From the NCBI GenBank assembly GCA_964424615.1, contig CAYRIU010000046.1:525-64524 (forward strand): a stretch of DNA of 64,000 nucleotides. Direction: 5' to 3'. This document shows positions 45,583 through 55,066 of the stretch, piece by piece. The number at the start of each line of letters is the position of its first letter. Position 1 is the stretch's first letter. Made by a program: the position numbers and the translations under genes. The notes under the pieces are model-generated. The model was given only the letters and a program-made list of their open reading frames with translations. It was not told the origin of the DNA and did not search any database. The DNA comes from an uncultured Gammaproteobacteria bacterium. Its GTDB lineage: Bacteria > Patescibacteriota > Patescibacteriia > UBA1558 > GWA2-36-10.

Positions 45583-46236
45583 TCATTTTTGTAAAAGAGT
45601 CATGGGGTCTAGCCAGGCAGACAAATCCGCTTGCTTCTGTACATAGCCCAATAAAACTATCTGCTGACCATAGTGGATGCTCAAATGCAAATGTTTTCTT
45701 TCACCATCAGTCTCTGAGCTATACCCCTGACCCAAGACAGCCAACTGTTGTCCAGCTGACAACTCTTGACTCACTGCGCTTGTGATACTAGATAATTTAA
45801 GATGTCCATAAAGTACCGTCACTGATTGTTTATTGATTTCACAAGCCTGGACTGCTACTCCGCCATAGCCCGTAGCTTGTTTTTTAAGTAATAATTTACC
45901 AGAACAAATGGCATAAATAGGTACTTCAATATTTTGTTCTGCCTGACTAGTTTCAAAATCAACTCCCGTATGGTAGCCAGAAAATCTCTCTGGACTGACC
46001 GGTGAATCAGTAGGTGATACTTTGAGACCAAAAGGCTTTTTAGTCACCCTAGCTAGAGCGCCAGCTATGGGCTCTGCTATATCATTGATGGATACTAGTG
46101 TCGAGCTGGCTACTTGAATATTTTGGTCATTATTCTGCACAAGAGCTGTGTCTGGAGCTAGAGCTTTTTTATTGACTACCAAAAATACCAAAGCAAGCAA
46201 CAAAACAAAAATAATAACAAAAAATATTCTGCGCAT
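45583..46236 (-). CDS. M23-family (LytM-like) peptidase.
   Basis: HTGVDF...YGHL motifs; N-terminal TM. Confidence 0.65.
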   Translation of the reverse strand: MRRIFFVIIFVLLLALVFLVVNKKALAPDTALVQNNDQNIQVASSTLVSINDIAEPIAGALARVTKKPFGLKVSPTDSPVSPERFSGYHTGVDFETSQAEQNIEVPIYAICSGKLLLKKQATGYGGVAVQACEINKQSVTVLYGHLKLSSITSAVSQELSAGQQLAVLGQGYSSETDGERKHLHLSIHYGQQIVLLGYVQKQADLSAWLDPMTLLQK

Positions 46237-46241
46237 AAATA

Positions 46242-46556
46242 TTATCTACTAATAGCCAGGCCAAACATAGCTAAAAATGTAAAGATAAACAAATAAGCTA
46301 ATTTATAGAACAAGAGCTTTACGGCTTCTTTTTTTTGACCATCCAAATACCACATGATCGAGCGACCAAAAATAGTCATGCCCATCACAGCTACTGAAAA
46401 AACTAAAAGTAACAAAAAGACTACTGGACTAAACATGTTGTCATCCGGTCCAAAAATCTGATTGGCATTTCTCAAAAATAAGGCAATCAAGAAAATATAA
46501 AATACTGCTGCCAAAACCTCGCCTAAAGCATAACGCAAAATCATTTTTTTGTTCAT
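46242..46556 (-). CDS. Hypothetical small membrane protein.
   Basis: 104 aa, 3 TM. Confidence 0.35.
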   Translation of the reverse strand: MNKKMILRYALGEVLAAVFYIFLIALFLRNANQIFGPDDNMFSPVVFLLLLVFSVAVMGMTIFGRSIMWYLDGQKKEAVKLLFYKLAYLFIFTFLAMFGLAISR

Positions 46557-46635
46557 AATATATACGGTTAATAATAAATCACAACCCTATATTGATAATA
46601 ACAAAAAATCGCCTAAAAGGCGATTTTTTAAACTG

Positions 46636-47061
46636 CTATTGAGATACAGCGGGATTGTTGGGTAAATTTGGGCTTAATTGGATGCCTTTAGCACTCACAC
46701 TACCGTCAGAATTAGTAGTGCCAATCACCATAATATTATTACCAGCTGCCAAATCTTCTAATGAAGCGTCCGCCATCTTACTCACTGTGGTGGAGCTAGA
46801 TAATAAAATTATTTTTGAACCACCATCACGTAATTTCATAGTAATACTCTGAGCATCTTTACTCAATATTTCACCGTTTATAAAACCACCTGCCCCCTGT
46901 CTACTCCCAGGAGTTTGGCCACTGTTGAAATTAGCACGATTAAAATTACCAGCTTGTCGCACATTACTATTTTTCTTCATTCCATAAAGCATACCACCAT
47001 AAAATGATACGCCCCCAACCACTATACATAAAATAATGGTAATAATTAAATTTTTTTTCAT
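46636..47061 (-). CDS. Hypothetical secreted protein.
   Basis: Signal anchor; G/S/N-rich; 141 aa. Confidence 0.35.
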   Translation of the reverse strand: MKKNLIITIILCIVVGGVSFYGGMLYGMKKNSNVRQAGNFNRANFNSGQTPGSRQGAGGFINGEILSKDAQSITMKLRDGGSKIILLSSSTTVSKMADASLEDLAAGNNIMVIGTTNSDGSVSAKGIQLSPNLPNNPAVSQ

Positions 47062-47085
47062 ATTATTTAAATTAATTTTTAAATA

Positions 47086-48309
47086 TTATTCAAAACGTAA
47101 AGCATCAATAGGATTGAAACGGGCGGCTCTCTTGGCTGGATAATACCCAAAGGCAATGCCAATAAAAGCTGAAACGCCAAAAGCCAAAATAATAGATAAG
47201 CCAGAAACTTTGGTTGCTATACCACCCAGTTGTGAGGCTAACAATGCTGCCAACCAACCCAATATGACTCCCAATATACCACCAACAAATGTTAGAGTTA
47301 TAGCTTCTACCAAAAATTGATTGCTAATATCTCTACGTTTAGCACCTATAGCCTTGCGCAGACCTATTTCTCTAGTACGCTCAGTCACATTGGTAAGCAT
47401 CATATTCATAATACCGATACCACCCACCAGCAAAGAAATAGCAGCCACCGAACCCAATAAAATAGTAAAGGTGTTGGCTACAGACGAAGCAGTAGCTACA
47501 ATATCTGCTTGATTCAAAGTGCTAAAATCAGCAGCACTCGGATCACTAATATTGTGCCTCTCCAAAAGCAAAGCTGTAATTTCTTCCTGCAAATTTGTCA
47601 TAGATTTTTGGTCTTTAGCTTGCACGCTTATGGTACTAACTTTATCACTGCCTGACAAAAATTGCTGAGCTGTTGATATTGGCACAAAAAGCATATCATC
47701 TTGATTACTAAAACCAGTGCCACCCTTGGCTTTGGTTACACCAATAACTTTGAACTCTATTTGTTTGATCCTGATAGTCTGTCCAACTGGATTGACACCT
47801 TCACCAAAAATATCGTCTCGCACCGTTGGGCCCAAAACTACTACCTTAGATTTATTTTTAACATTCTGATCACTAATAAATGATCCTAAATCTATTTCTA
47901 CATTTCTGATGCTAGTATAGTCAGCATTAGTACCAACTACTGAGGTATTGGTGTTTGTGCCCTTGGCTGTCACCTGATAGCGACCAGATAATTCTGGAGC
48001 TACGGCAGCCGCCAAACTTATTTCTGCAGCAATAGCCTCTGCATCACCCTGAGTCAGAGTCTGTGCTGATCCTCTTCCTTGGCTGACTTGCATACCCACA
48101 CCTCTTTGAGCTCCTGGCATCACCAAAACTAGATTAGACCCCAACGACTGAATACTAGACTGGATATTACTTTGTGAACCCTGTCCTATAGCTATCATAG
48201 CAATCACTGAAGCAATACCAATTACTATACCCAAAATAGTCAAACTAGACCTTGCTTTGTTGGCCAGTAATGCCAAATATGTTTCATCAAATAAATCTTG
48301 TGCATGCAT
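47086..48309 (-). CDS. ABC transporter permease, FtsX/MacB family.
   Basis: N-terminal TM, large periplasmic domain, C-terminal FtsX 3-TM bundle. Confidence 0.8.
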   Translation of the reverse strand: MHAQDLFDETYLALLANKARSSLTILGIVIGIASVIAMIAIGQGSQSNIQSSIQSLGSNLVLVMPGAQRGVGMQVSQGRGSAQTLTQGDAEAIAAEISLAAAVAPELSGRYQVTAKGTNTNTSVVGTNADYTSIRNVEIDLGSFISDQNVKNKSKVVVLGPTVRDDIFGEGVNPVGQTIRIKQIEFKVIGVTKAKGGTGFSNQDDMLFVPISTAQQFLSGSDKVSTISVQAKDQKSMTNLQEEITALLLERHNISDPSAADFSTLNQADIVATASSVANTFTILLGSVAAISLLVGGIGIMNMMLTNVTERTREIGLRKAIGAKRRDISNQFLVEAITLTFVGGILGVILGWLAALLASQLGGIATKVSGLSIILAFGVSAFIGIAFGYYPAKRAARFNPIDALRFE

Positions 48310-48312
48310 AAA

Positions 48313-49011
48313 TTAAAATTTATGGGGATTCAAATTTTTTTTATCTTCCACTATCAAACCATCGCGAATTTGTATAATTCTGTCGGCACAATTAGCCACA
48401 TCATGCTCATGAGTAATCAAAATAATAGTTCTCTTTTGGGTTCTATTCAAGGATTGAAAAGTGCTCAAAACTACTTCTCCTGTTTTGGTATCAAGGTTGC
48501 CAGTAGGTTCGTCAGCTAAAATCAAATTTGGGTTATTGACTAGAGCTCTAGCAATAGCTACTCTCTGCATTTGTCCGCCTGATAGTTGATTGGAGTGATG
48601 ATAAAAATGCGACTCATCCAGGCCAGCATTTTTTAATGCTTCTCTGGCTTGAATCTCTCTTTTTTCTCTAGGTATATCAGCATACACTAGTGGTAATACC
48701 ACATTACGCAAAACCGTTGCCCTCGGCAACAAATTAAAACTTTGAAATACAAAACCTATTTTATGTTTACGAATATCGGCTAACTCATCTTCAGACAAAT
48801 CTGAAACTTTTTGTCCAGCCAAAAAATAATCGCCCGAACTTGCAGTATCCAAAGCACCCAAAATATGCATCAAAGTAGATTTACCAGAACCGGATGGTCC
48901 TATAATGGCAACAAACTCCCCGTCAGCAATATCAAAAGATACTCCTTTCAATACGGTGGTGACATTGTTACCACTTTGATAAACTTTGGTAATATTTTTA
49001 CACTCTATCAT
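48313..49011 (-). CDS. ABC transporter ATP-binding protein (MacB/LolD-like).
   Basis: Walker [37 protein letters not shown]. Confidence 0.9.
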   Translation of the reverse strand: MIECKNITKVYQSGNNVTTVLKGVSFDIADGEFVAIIGPSGSGKSTLMHILGALDTASSGDYFLAGQKVSDLSEDELADIRKHKIGFVFQSFNLLPRATVLRNVVLPLVYADIPREKREIQAREALKNAGLDESHFYHHSNQLSGGQMQRVAIARALVNNPNLILADEPTGNLDTKTGEVVLSTFQSLNRTQKRTIILITHEHDVANCADRIIQIRDGLIVEDKKNLNPHKF

Positions 49012-49016
49012 AAAGA

Positions 49017-50822
49017 TTATCTAGGTATAAAACCACCGCCCGTAGCTCGAGTACCGCCTGTACTACCAGTGCTTTGCAAAATACTTTTGCCATTGGTACT
49101 GCTACTAGTAGTCTTTGAGTTGGCAGTAGTTTTGATAATCACCACATCGCCTTCCTGCAAACCACTGACAAGCTCAGTCATACTATCGTCACTTAAACCA
49201 ATTGTAATTGTTTTTTGAGTGGGCTGATTTTTCAAGGTAATAGCCTGACCAGCACTAATCACATCATCAGTGATAGTATCTGCTGGCATCTCTACATAAT
49301 AGCTATCACCAAGAGATTTGACGGCAGCATTATCAATCAATAAAACATCAGATCGCAGATCAGTAATAATAGCTGCCGAAGCTGTCATGCCTGGTTTTAC
49401 TCTATCATCTTGAGTATCTAGAGCAATCTTGGCAGTATAGGTGACGACCCCCTGACTGACAGTACCCATGGCATCCATTTCAACTACGGAGCCACTGATA
49501 CTCAAACTATCTACAGCATCAAAGGTCAGAGTAGCTTTTTGACCAATCTTTATTTGGGAAGCATCTACTTCATTAAAGGGTATCTCTACTATACTTTGTT
49601 TAGTAATCAAAGTAGCTACCGCTGTAGCAGTTGAAGCTGTGTCTCCTTTGGTGGCTGACACGGCAGCAATCACACCATCAAATGGCGCTCTCAATGTATA
49701 GTCAGCTAATTTTTCTCGTACATCACTTAAGGCATTTTGCTTTTGTTGCACTGCTAATTCCTGCGCCTGCAAATCTAAAGCATCCGTACCTGCTTGTAGA
49801 TTGGCTAGGGTCGTCTGCTTTTCCTCTATACTACGCGTAGCAGTGACTATCGTATCTTTGGCTGATTGTATGCTAGTACTAGTATTTAGTAAACTCAATA
49901 GATATGTATTACTAGTGCCAGTATAGCCATTCAAACTACTCAAATGAGTATAAGAGATAGGAGATATGGCTATATTGCGTGCATTAGATTTGTCTTGATA
50001 AAATTGAATTAAATTATTAGCATTTTTAATAGCCTCGGCTATATACTTAGTGGTGTTATAAGTTTGCAAAATCAAAGCTTCAATAGTAGCCTCATCAGAA
50101 AAACGACTAGCTGATTTATAGGCAGCAAAATTTTGATCATAAAGATTGCGAGCATTTTGATAAGACTCAGCTGCGTCATCACGATACTGCTTTACCGACT
50201 CATCGTAGTATTTGGTATTATCATTGTACCAATCTATATTATATTGATTGACGGTAATTTCATTTTTATACAAGACGTCGTGTAATCCTGTGATGACGTC
50301 TGGCAATGCCAAAAAAGCATTAGCTACATTATTAAAGCCATCCTCATAAGCTTTTTGTAGATTTTCTTCTGCTTGTTTTTTATTTTCCTGCGCACTAGTC
50401 AAGGCATTTTCTGCCTGCAATAAAGACAGGGCTTCGGCTGGTTGTTGTAATTTTTGTAAAGACAACTTTGCACTAGCCAAGTTCACTTCTGCATCACGCA
50501 AACTTTTATAAATATCAGTGGCATCAATTTGTGCTATGATATCACCACTTTTCACCTCCTGACCCTGCACTACTGCAATCTTCACCACTTCACCGCTAGC
50601 CTTGGGTGTCAAATCTATTTGATTAGAAGCCGAGACTTGACCACTACCAGAAACTGTCTTTATCAACGAACCTTTGGTGATTTTGCCCAAGGTGTAGGTG
50701 GTTTGTACATTTTTACTACTAATACTCTGCCAAATAAAATAAGCGATGCCTGCTAAAATAAGCAAAACAATCGCTCCCCAAATTTTTTTCTTTTTAGACA
50801 TAAATAATATATAAACATGCAT
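49017..50822 (-). CDS. HlyD/MacA-like periplasmic adaptor (membrane fusion protein) with a long coiled-coil.
   Basis: N-terminal TM, biotinyl-lipoyl-like hairpin, extended coiled-coil, C-terminal beta-barrel. In an operon with the ABC ATPase and permease. Confidence 0.75.
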   Translation of the reverse strand: MHVYILFMSKKKKIWGAIVLLILAGIAYFIWQSISSKNVQTTYTLGKITKGSLIKTVSGSGQVSASNQIDLTPKASGEVVKIAVVQGQEVKSGDIIAQIDATDIYKSLRDAEVNLASAKLSLQKLQQPAEALSLLQAENALTSAQENKKQAEENLQKAYEDGFNNVANAFLALPDVITGLHDVLYKNEITVNQYNIDWYNDNTKYYDESVKQYRDDAAESYQNARNLYDQNFAAYKSASRFSDEATIEALILQTYNTTKYIAEAIKNANNLIQFYQDKSNARNIAISPISYTHLSSLNGYTGTSNTYLLSLLNTSTSIQSAKDTIVTATRSIEEKQTTLANLQAGTDALDLQAQELAVQQKQNALSDVREKLADYTLRAPFDGVIAAVSATKGDTASTATAVATLITKQSIVEIPFNEVDASQIKIGQKATLTFDAVDSLSISGSVVEMDAMGTVSQGVVTYTAKIALDTQDDRVKPGMTASAAIITDLRSDVLLIDNAAVKSLGDSYYVEMPADTITDDVISAGQAITLKNQPTQKTITIGLSDDSMTELVSGLQEGDVVIIKTTANSKTTSSSTNGKSILQSTGSTGGTRATGGGFIPR

Positions 50823-50892
50823 TTAAAAACTAGTATCAAAGTCTATACACTCTATATATTACGCTAAAAAATCAAGATTTATTTCAAAAATA

Positions 50893-50920
50893 AAAACACC
50901 CCGTATTTTGGGGTGTTTTT
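50893..50920. terminator. Bidirectional intrinsic terminator (AAACACCCCGTATTTTGGGGTGTTTTT).
   Basis: Hairpin plus T-runs on both strands. Confidence 0.5.
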
Positions 50921-50941
50921 ATAAGGTGAATCATGAAAAAA

Positions 50942-51382
50942 TTATTTTGCTTGATTTTGAGTATTAGCTGTTCCTAAACCCTGTCCTCTCATACCCATAC
51001 CTCTACCTTCCATATGACCATTACCCATACCTGGTCCAAACATGCCTAGCTCATCAAAAATTGCTTTAGCCTCATCGTACTTACCATCTTGCATCAATTG
51101 ATGTGCTTGAGTTAATTTATTGAAAGTATCTTGGTTGATCTTAGCCTCTAGATCAGTGGCTTGCTGACGCATCTCGGAGACTCTAGTGGTCATGGCTGAT
51201 GACCAAGTAGTATAATCGTTGTTGGTGATAGCTTGTTGTACTTGAGCACGATTGTCGTTGTCAACTGTGCCATTACCAGTACTGTTACTCTTGCCACCAA
51301 AAGCTAAAGTGGTAGATGATACAGCTAATGTAGTGACTAACAAGCCTAGAAAAGCTGCTAATAAATATTGTTTTTTGTTCAT
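50942..51382 (-). CDS. Secreted CpxP/Spy-like periplasmic protein (LTxxQ motif).
   Basis: Signal peptide; FNKLTQAHQLMQ LTxxQ motif; G/M-rich C-terminus. Confidence 0.4.
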   Translation of the reverse strand: MNKKQYLLAAFLGLLVTTLAVSSTTLAFGGKSNSTGNGTVDNDNRAQVQQAITNNDYTTWSSAMTTRVSEMRQQATDLEAKINQDTFNKLTQAHQLMQDGKYDEAKAIFDELGMFGPGMGNGHMEGRGMGMRGQGLGTANTQNQAK

Positions 51383-51471
51383 AAATTATCTATTTAATAA
51401 TTAATTGAAGTTGGCCTAACCTCTTGCACTAGACTATACGCCAAGCATCAAAAAAATATTTCACTGTCATA

Positions 51472-52173
51472 TTATGGACGGAAAAACATAGGTGGTGGAC
51501 CAGGATTTTTGAGCCAAGGCTTGATGCTTTCACAAATAAAATTATCATCGTCGGCCATATGCCCTATCAACATCACTCTCTGCCCTACTTGGAAACTATC
51601 GGTGCTAGTACTGATGCTCCAGGATCTACCGCCAAAATCTTCTACCGTGATAAAATCTGGTGATATGACAGTGACTACACCAGCTAAATGCCCCTTGTCT
51701 GGCTCTACTAACATTCTACCACCATGTCTAAACATTTGTTTATAAAATGGGACTTGTCTGAAAAATGTTTCTTCCAGTTTTTGACCAAAACCCACAAAAT
51801 ATATAATGTACCCCAAGAGACCACTCAAAATTACACTAAACAATACTATCACTATAGGACGATATTTATAACCTCTTTTAGTGTTTTTGAAGTCGTACCA
51901 AGCTACCAAGGAAAATAAAGATAAGCTCAATAGCCAAAATAATGGTAAATTTATCCATAACCTTTCTAGCGGACTAAAACCAGGGGCCATATCTAGCCAA
52001 GCTACATGTTTAAAGACAAAAATAGTCACAGAAGATGCTAGTCCACCCAATATGATAGCCACAATAAAAATCAGCCACAACAAATAGTCTTTAAATAAAA
52101 ACTCCCAACGTTTTTTTGGCTGGATATTTTGCTCTTTTATTTTATCTAATATTTCTTTGGCGTAATTTTCCAT
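51472..52173 (-). CDS. Membrane protein, putative anti-sigma factor cognate to the ECF sigma immediately upstream.
   Basis: Located 5 nt downstream of the ECF sigma gene. Short cytoplasmic N-terminus, TM segments, C-terminal domain. Confidence 0.4.
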   Translation of the reverse strand: MENYAKEILDKIKEQNIQPKKRWEFLFKDYLLWLIFIVAIILGGLASSVTIFVFKHVAWLDMAPGFSPLERLWINLPLFWLLSLSLFSLVAWYDFKNTKRGYKYRPIVIVLFSVILSGLLGYIIYFVGFGQKLEETFFRQVPFYKQMFRHGGRMLVEPDKGHLAGVVTVISPDFITVEDFGGRSWSISTSTDSFQVGQRVMLIGHMADDDNFICESIKPWLKNPGPPPMFFRP

Positions 52174-52177
52174 ATAT

Positions 52178-52747
52178 TTATTGTTTAAATTCTTTTTGTA
52201 AGGCTATCTTGCTACGACGCAACAGGGTACCTACGGTACTTGGTGGTTTTTTGATAATATCAGAAATTTCCTCATAAGATCTATCTTCTAAATATTTCAA
52301 AATCACCACTTCTCTATATTTACTATCTAGATTGGCCAAAACTCTAGCCACTTTTTCTTTCAACAAGCTCTGATCGATGTCTTGATTGATGTCAAAATCA
52401 CTGACAAAATGCTCACAAGCTTCTAGATCTAAATCAAACAAAGAAACTTGGGGGCGACTTTTATTTTTACGATAATTACTAATAGCTTGATTACGAGCTA
52501 TACGATAAACCCAAGAAGAAAATTTCAAACTCTGATCAAAGTCATTTAAATTTTGATAAACTTTGATAAATACTTCCTGCAATAAATCTTGTGCATCGTC
52601 ATAATTCAAACCTGAGATCCTCTGAATAAAACGCAACAATTTTTTTTCGTAGCGATTGACCAAATGCAAAAAATTCTCCTGATCCAACAAGGTTAGTTTT
52701 ACTAGCTCTATGTCGCTTTTTTCAAGCAAATCATCATTCACCGCCAT
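52178..52747 (-). CDS. ECF-type sigma-70 family RNA polymerase sigma factor.
   Basis: Region 2 (LLQEVFIKVYQNL...FSSWVYRIARNQAISNYR) and region 4 HTH. Confidence 0.8.
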   Translation of the reverse strand: MAVNDDLLEKSDIELVKLTLLDQENFLHLVNRYEKKLLRFIQRISGLNYDDAQDLLQEVFIKVYQNLNDFDQSLKFSSWVYRIARNQAISNYRKNKSRPQVSLFDLDLEACEHFVSDFDINQDIDQSLLKEKVARVLANLDSKYREVVILKYLEDRSYEEISDIIKKPPSTVGTLLRRSKIALQKEFKQ

Positions 52748-52863
52748 ATATTTTAATACGCAAATAATATACTATTTATTTCAAAGATATTTATTGGCTC
52801 AAAACCTCTCACCTTGACTACAGCATAACAAAAATAGACAATAATTCAAAGTGGTTTCATTGA

Positions 52864-52892
52864 TTGACAAAAAGCAAAAATTGGCGTTATAT
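52864..52892 (+). promoter_or_regulatory. Sigma70-like promoter (TTGACA, 17 nt, TTATAT) for the PRPP-synthetase-like gene. A GGACGCCCGTCC palindrome (52926-52937) lies between it and an AGGAGG SD.
   Basis: Hexamer match; palindrome; strong SD at 52951-52956. Confidence 0.45.
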
Positions 52893-52961
52893 ATTGACAA
52901 AGTCCGCAAAGAATCACACCACACAGGACGCCCGTCCTTCACAACTGTCTAGGAGGCAAAC

Positions 52962-54026
52962 ATGGCTAACTCCGAAGAAATCATGCTGCTCTGCGGCGGT
53001 GGTGATACTAATCACCTGGCTCAAAAAATCATCGAAGTAGTCAACAACCGACGCATCGGCCAAAGAGAACTCAAGCTCTCACACACTGACTTCGGCTGGT
53101 TTGCCGACGAAGAACCAGATCATGCCTTTGACGAATGGGACAAAATTCGTAACAAGCATATCGTTTTGTTCTTGAGCACACACAGCCCAGAACTAGCCAT
53201 GGAGCTCTTGATCCTCATCCGAGCGATCAAAAAAAGATACGGTGCCAAGAGCCTGACCGTGGTCCAGCCCTTCATGGCTTTCCGACGCCAAGACCACCCA
53301 GAGATCAAAGAAGAGTTTGACATGAACCTCTGGTTCATTGAGAACTTGAAAGCCAATGGCGCTGACCGTGTCATACTCTGCGACATTCACTCCGAGCAGA
53401 CGCTAAAAAACTGCGTTGAAGTCGGCCTAGAAGCTCACCACGTCAAACCTACTCCACTCTACGCTGCTGCCCTGAAAGAACCAATTGCTCAGGCCAAGGA
53501 GCTCGGTAAGCATACCAAGATCCTGTCGCCAGACAAGGGTTCTCTACTTCGTGCTATTGCTCTAGCCAAGATCCTCAGTGTGCCGGTGTTGCTATCTCTC
53601 AAAAAAAGAAGCGAGACCGGCAACATTGTCACCAATGTCCCACCGACACCGTCCGATCTCGAGCTGATCGCAGCTATGGAGCAAAAGCACGGTATCAAGA
53701 TCGAGCTCATGAGTGAAGAAATGGTCCGAGATGCCCACATCATCATCCGTGAGGATGAGCTCGACACTGGCGGCACCGCAGCTGACACCTGTCGTGATCT
53801 GCTCCGTGCTGGAGCCTACCAAGGCATCTTGGTCGTGACACACATGAAGTGCTCTCCAGGCTGGAAACGCAAGGTCGGTCGTCGCCGGACCAGTCCTTTC
53901 ACTAGAGTAATTGCCGGTGATACCATCAATCGCTCTTACGAAGACCAGACCGGTGGTCTGGTGGTCAATGTCAGTGTGGCACCAGTCATTGCCGAGAAGT
54001 TGACCGAAATCCTAGACGCCCTGTGA
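52962..54026 (+). CDS. Divergent ribose-phosphate pyrophosphokinase (PRPP synthetase, Prs) family protein in a GC-rich cassette.
   Basis: DIHSEQ matches Prs DLHAEQ. REDELDTGGT matches VDDMIDTGGT. LAQKI is the N-terminal motif. About 50% GC, strong SD, own terminator. Confidence 0.55.
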   Translation: MANSEEIMLLCGGGDTNHLAQKIIEVVNNRRIGQRELKLSHTDFGWFADEEPDHAFDEWDKIRNKHIVLFLSTHSPELAMELLILIRAIKKRYGAKSLTVVQPFMAFRRQDHPEIKEEFDMNLWFIENLKANGADRVILCDIHSEQTLKNCVEVGLEAHHVKPTPLYAAALKEPIAQAKELGKHTKILSPDKGSLLRAIALAKILSVPVLLSLKKRSETGNIVTNVPPTPSDLELIAAMEQKHGIKIELMSEEMVRDAHIIIREDELDTGGTAADTCRDLLRAGAYQGILVVTHMKCSPGWKRKVGRRRTSPFTRVIAGDTINRSYEDQTGGLVVNVSVAPVIAEKLTEILDAL

Positions 54027-54037
54027 TCCACTAGGAC

Positions 54038-54070
54038 CACAAAACAAAACCCCCAGCGAGTCTGCTCGCT
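54038..54070 (+). terminator. Intrinsic terminator (CCCCCAGCGAGTCTGCTCGCTGGGGG plus TTTTA).
   Basis: 11-bp GC stem. Confidence 0.6.
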
Positions 54071-54099
54071 GGGGGTTTTAAATATATAAAACTAAAAAA

Positions 54100-55029
54100 C
54101 TACAACCACTTCTTTTTATAAAAAATAAACAAAAATAGTATGACAGCAATAAAAGATATAACCAACACATAAACAAAAGCTAGCGGATGTGTAGCCAGTG
54201 GCAATGTGACATTCATACCAAACAAACTAGCCACAATAGTAGGTATAGTCATAATAATAGTAAAGGCTGTCAAAAATTGGATGGTCCTATTTAGTTTATT
54301 GGTAAACAAAATCTGATATGAATCACGCAAGCTTTTGATGCTCTTTAAATTTACTTGGCAAATTTCTGTTGATTGCCTGATACTGATGATCATGTCGTTT
54401 AATAGATCGTTGTCATCTTCTTCTAGCTTGAAATAGTTGCCAGTCACCATACCCTCAAAAACATTGCGTACTGGTATCAGGGCCGACATATATTGATTGA
54501 GTAAATCCTCATATCTAATCAGTTCATTGATATCATCATCCGTGACCGATTCTATCTTTTTCTTTTGGGAGGCAACTAGGTTATTCACTTCACGCACCCT
54601 AGAGCTAAATCTCTGAGAAATCTTCAAAAAAATGTGAATCAACAATTTGGCTTTTTGGCTAGTAGCAATAGCTAGACTATTTTTCAAAATATCTTTGATC
54701 ACCTTGTCCTCAAAAAGAGCCAAACTAATAAAATATTTTTCTGTGACGATAAAAGTCAATGGTGTAGTATGAATCAAATCTTTGGCATTGATCTGCTCAC
54801 GAGGAATACGTATAAAAAATAACAGCGTTTTTTCTTGTCTCTCTATACGTGGCAACTCGTGCAAGTCCAAAACATCTTGTAAATCTAACAAATCTAGATC
54901 TGACATCTTGGCTAGTTTCTCCAAATCATCATGCTCTAGATGACTAGCATTGATCCAAACATTATCTTGAATCTGATCAAAATTTTCTATGCGATTACTT
55001 TCCTGATCTTTGAAATAGATATTTAACAT
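54100..55029 (-). CDS. corA: CorA-family Mg2+/Co2+ transporter.
   Basis: C-terminal two TM with the GMN motif (LFGMNVTLP). Confidence 0.85.
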   Translation of the reverse strand: MLNIYFKDQESNRIENFDQIQDNVWINASHLEHDDLEKLAKMSDLDLLDLQDVLDLHELPRIERQEKTLLFFIRIPREQINAKDLIHTTPLTFIVTEKYFISLALFEDKVIKDILKNSLAIATSQKAKLLIHIFLKISQRFSSRVREVNNLVASQKKKIESVTDDDINELIRYEDLLNQYMSALIPVRNVFEGMVTGNYFKLEEDDNDLLNDMIISIRQSTEICQVNLKSIKSLRDSYQILFTNKLNRTIQFLTAFTIIMTIPTIVASLFGMNVTLPLATHPLAFVYVLVISFIAVILFLFIFYKKKWL

Positions 55030-55066
55030 AGCTATATTATAACAAAAATTATACTATAATGATATC

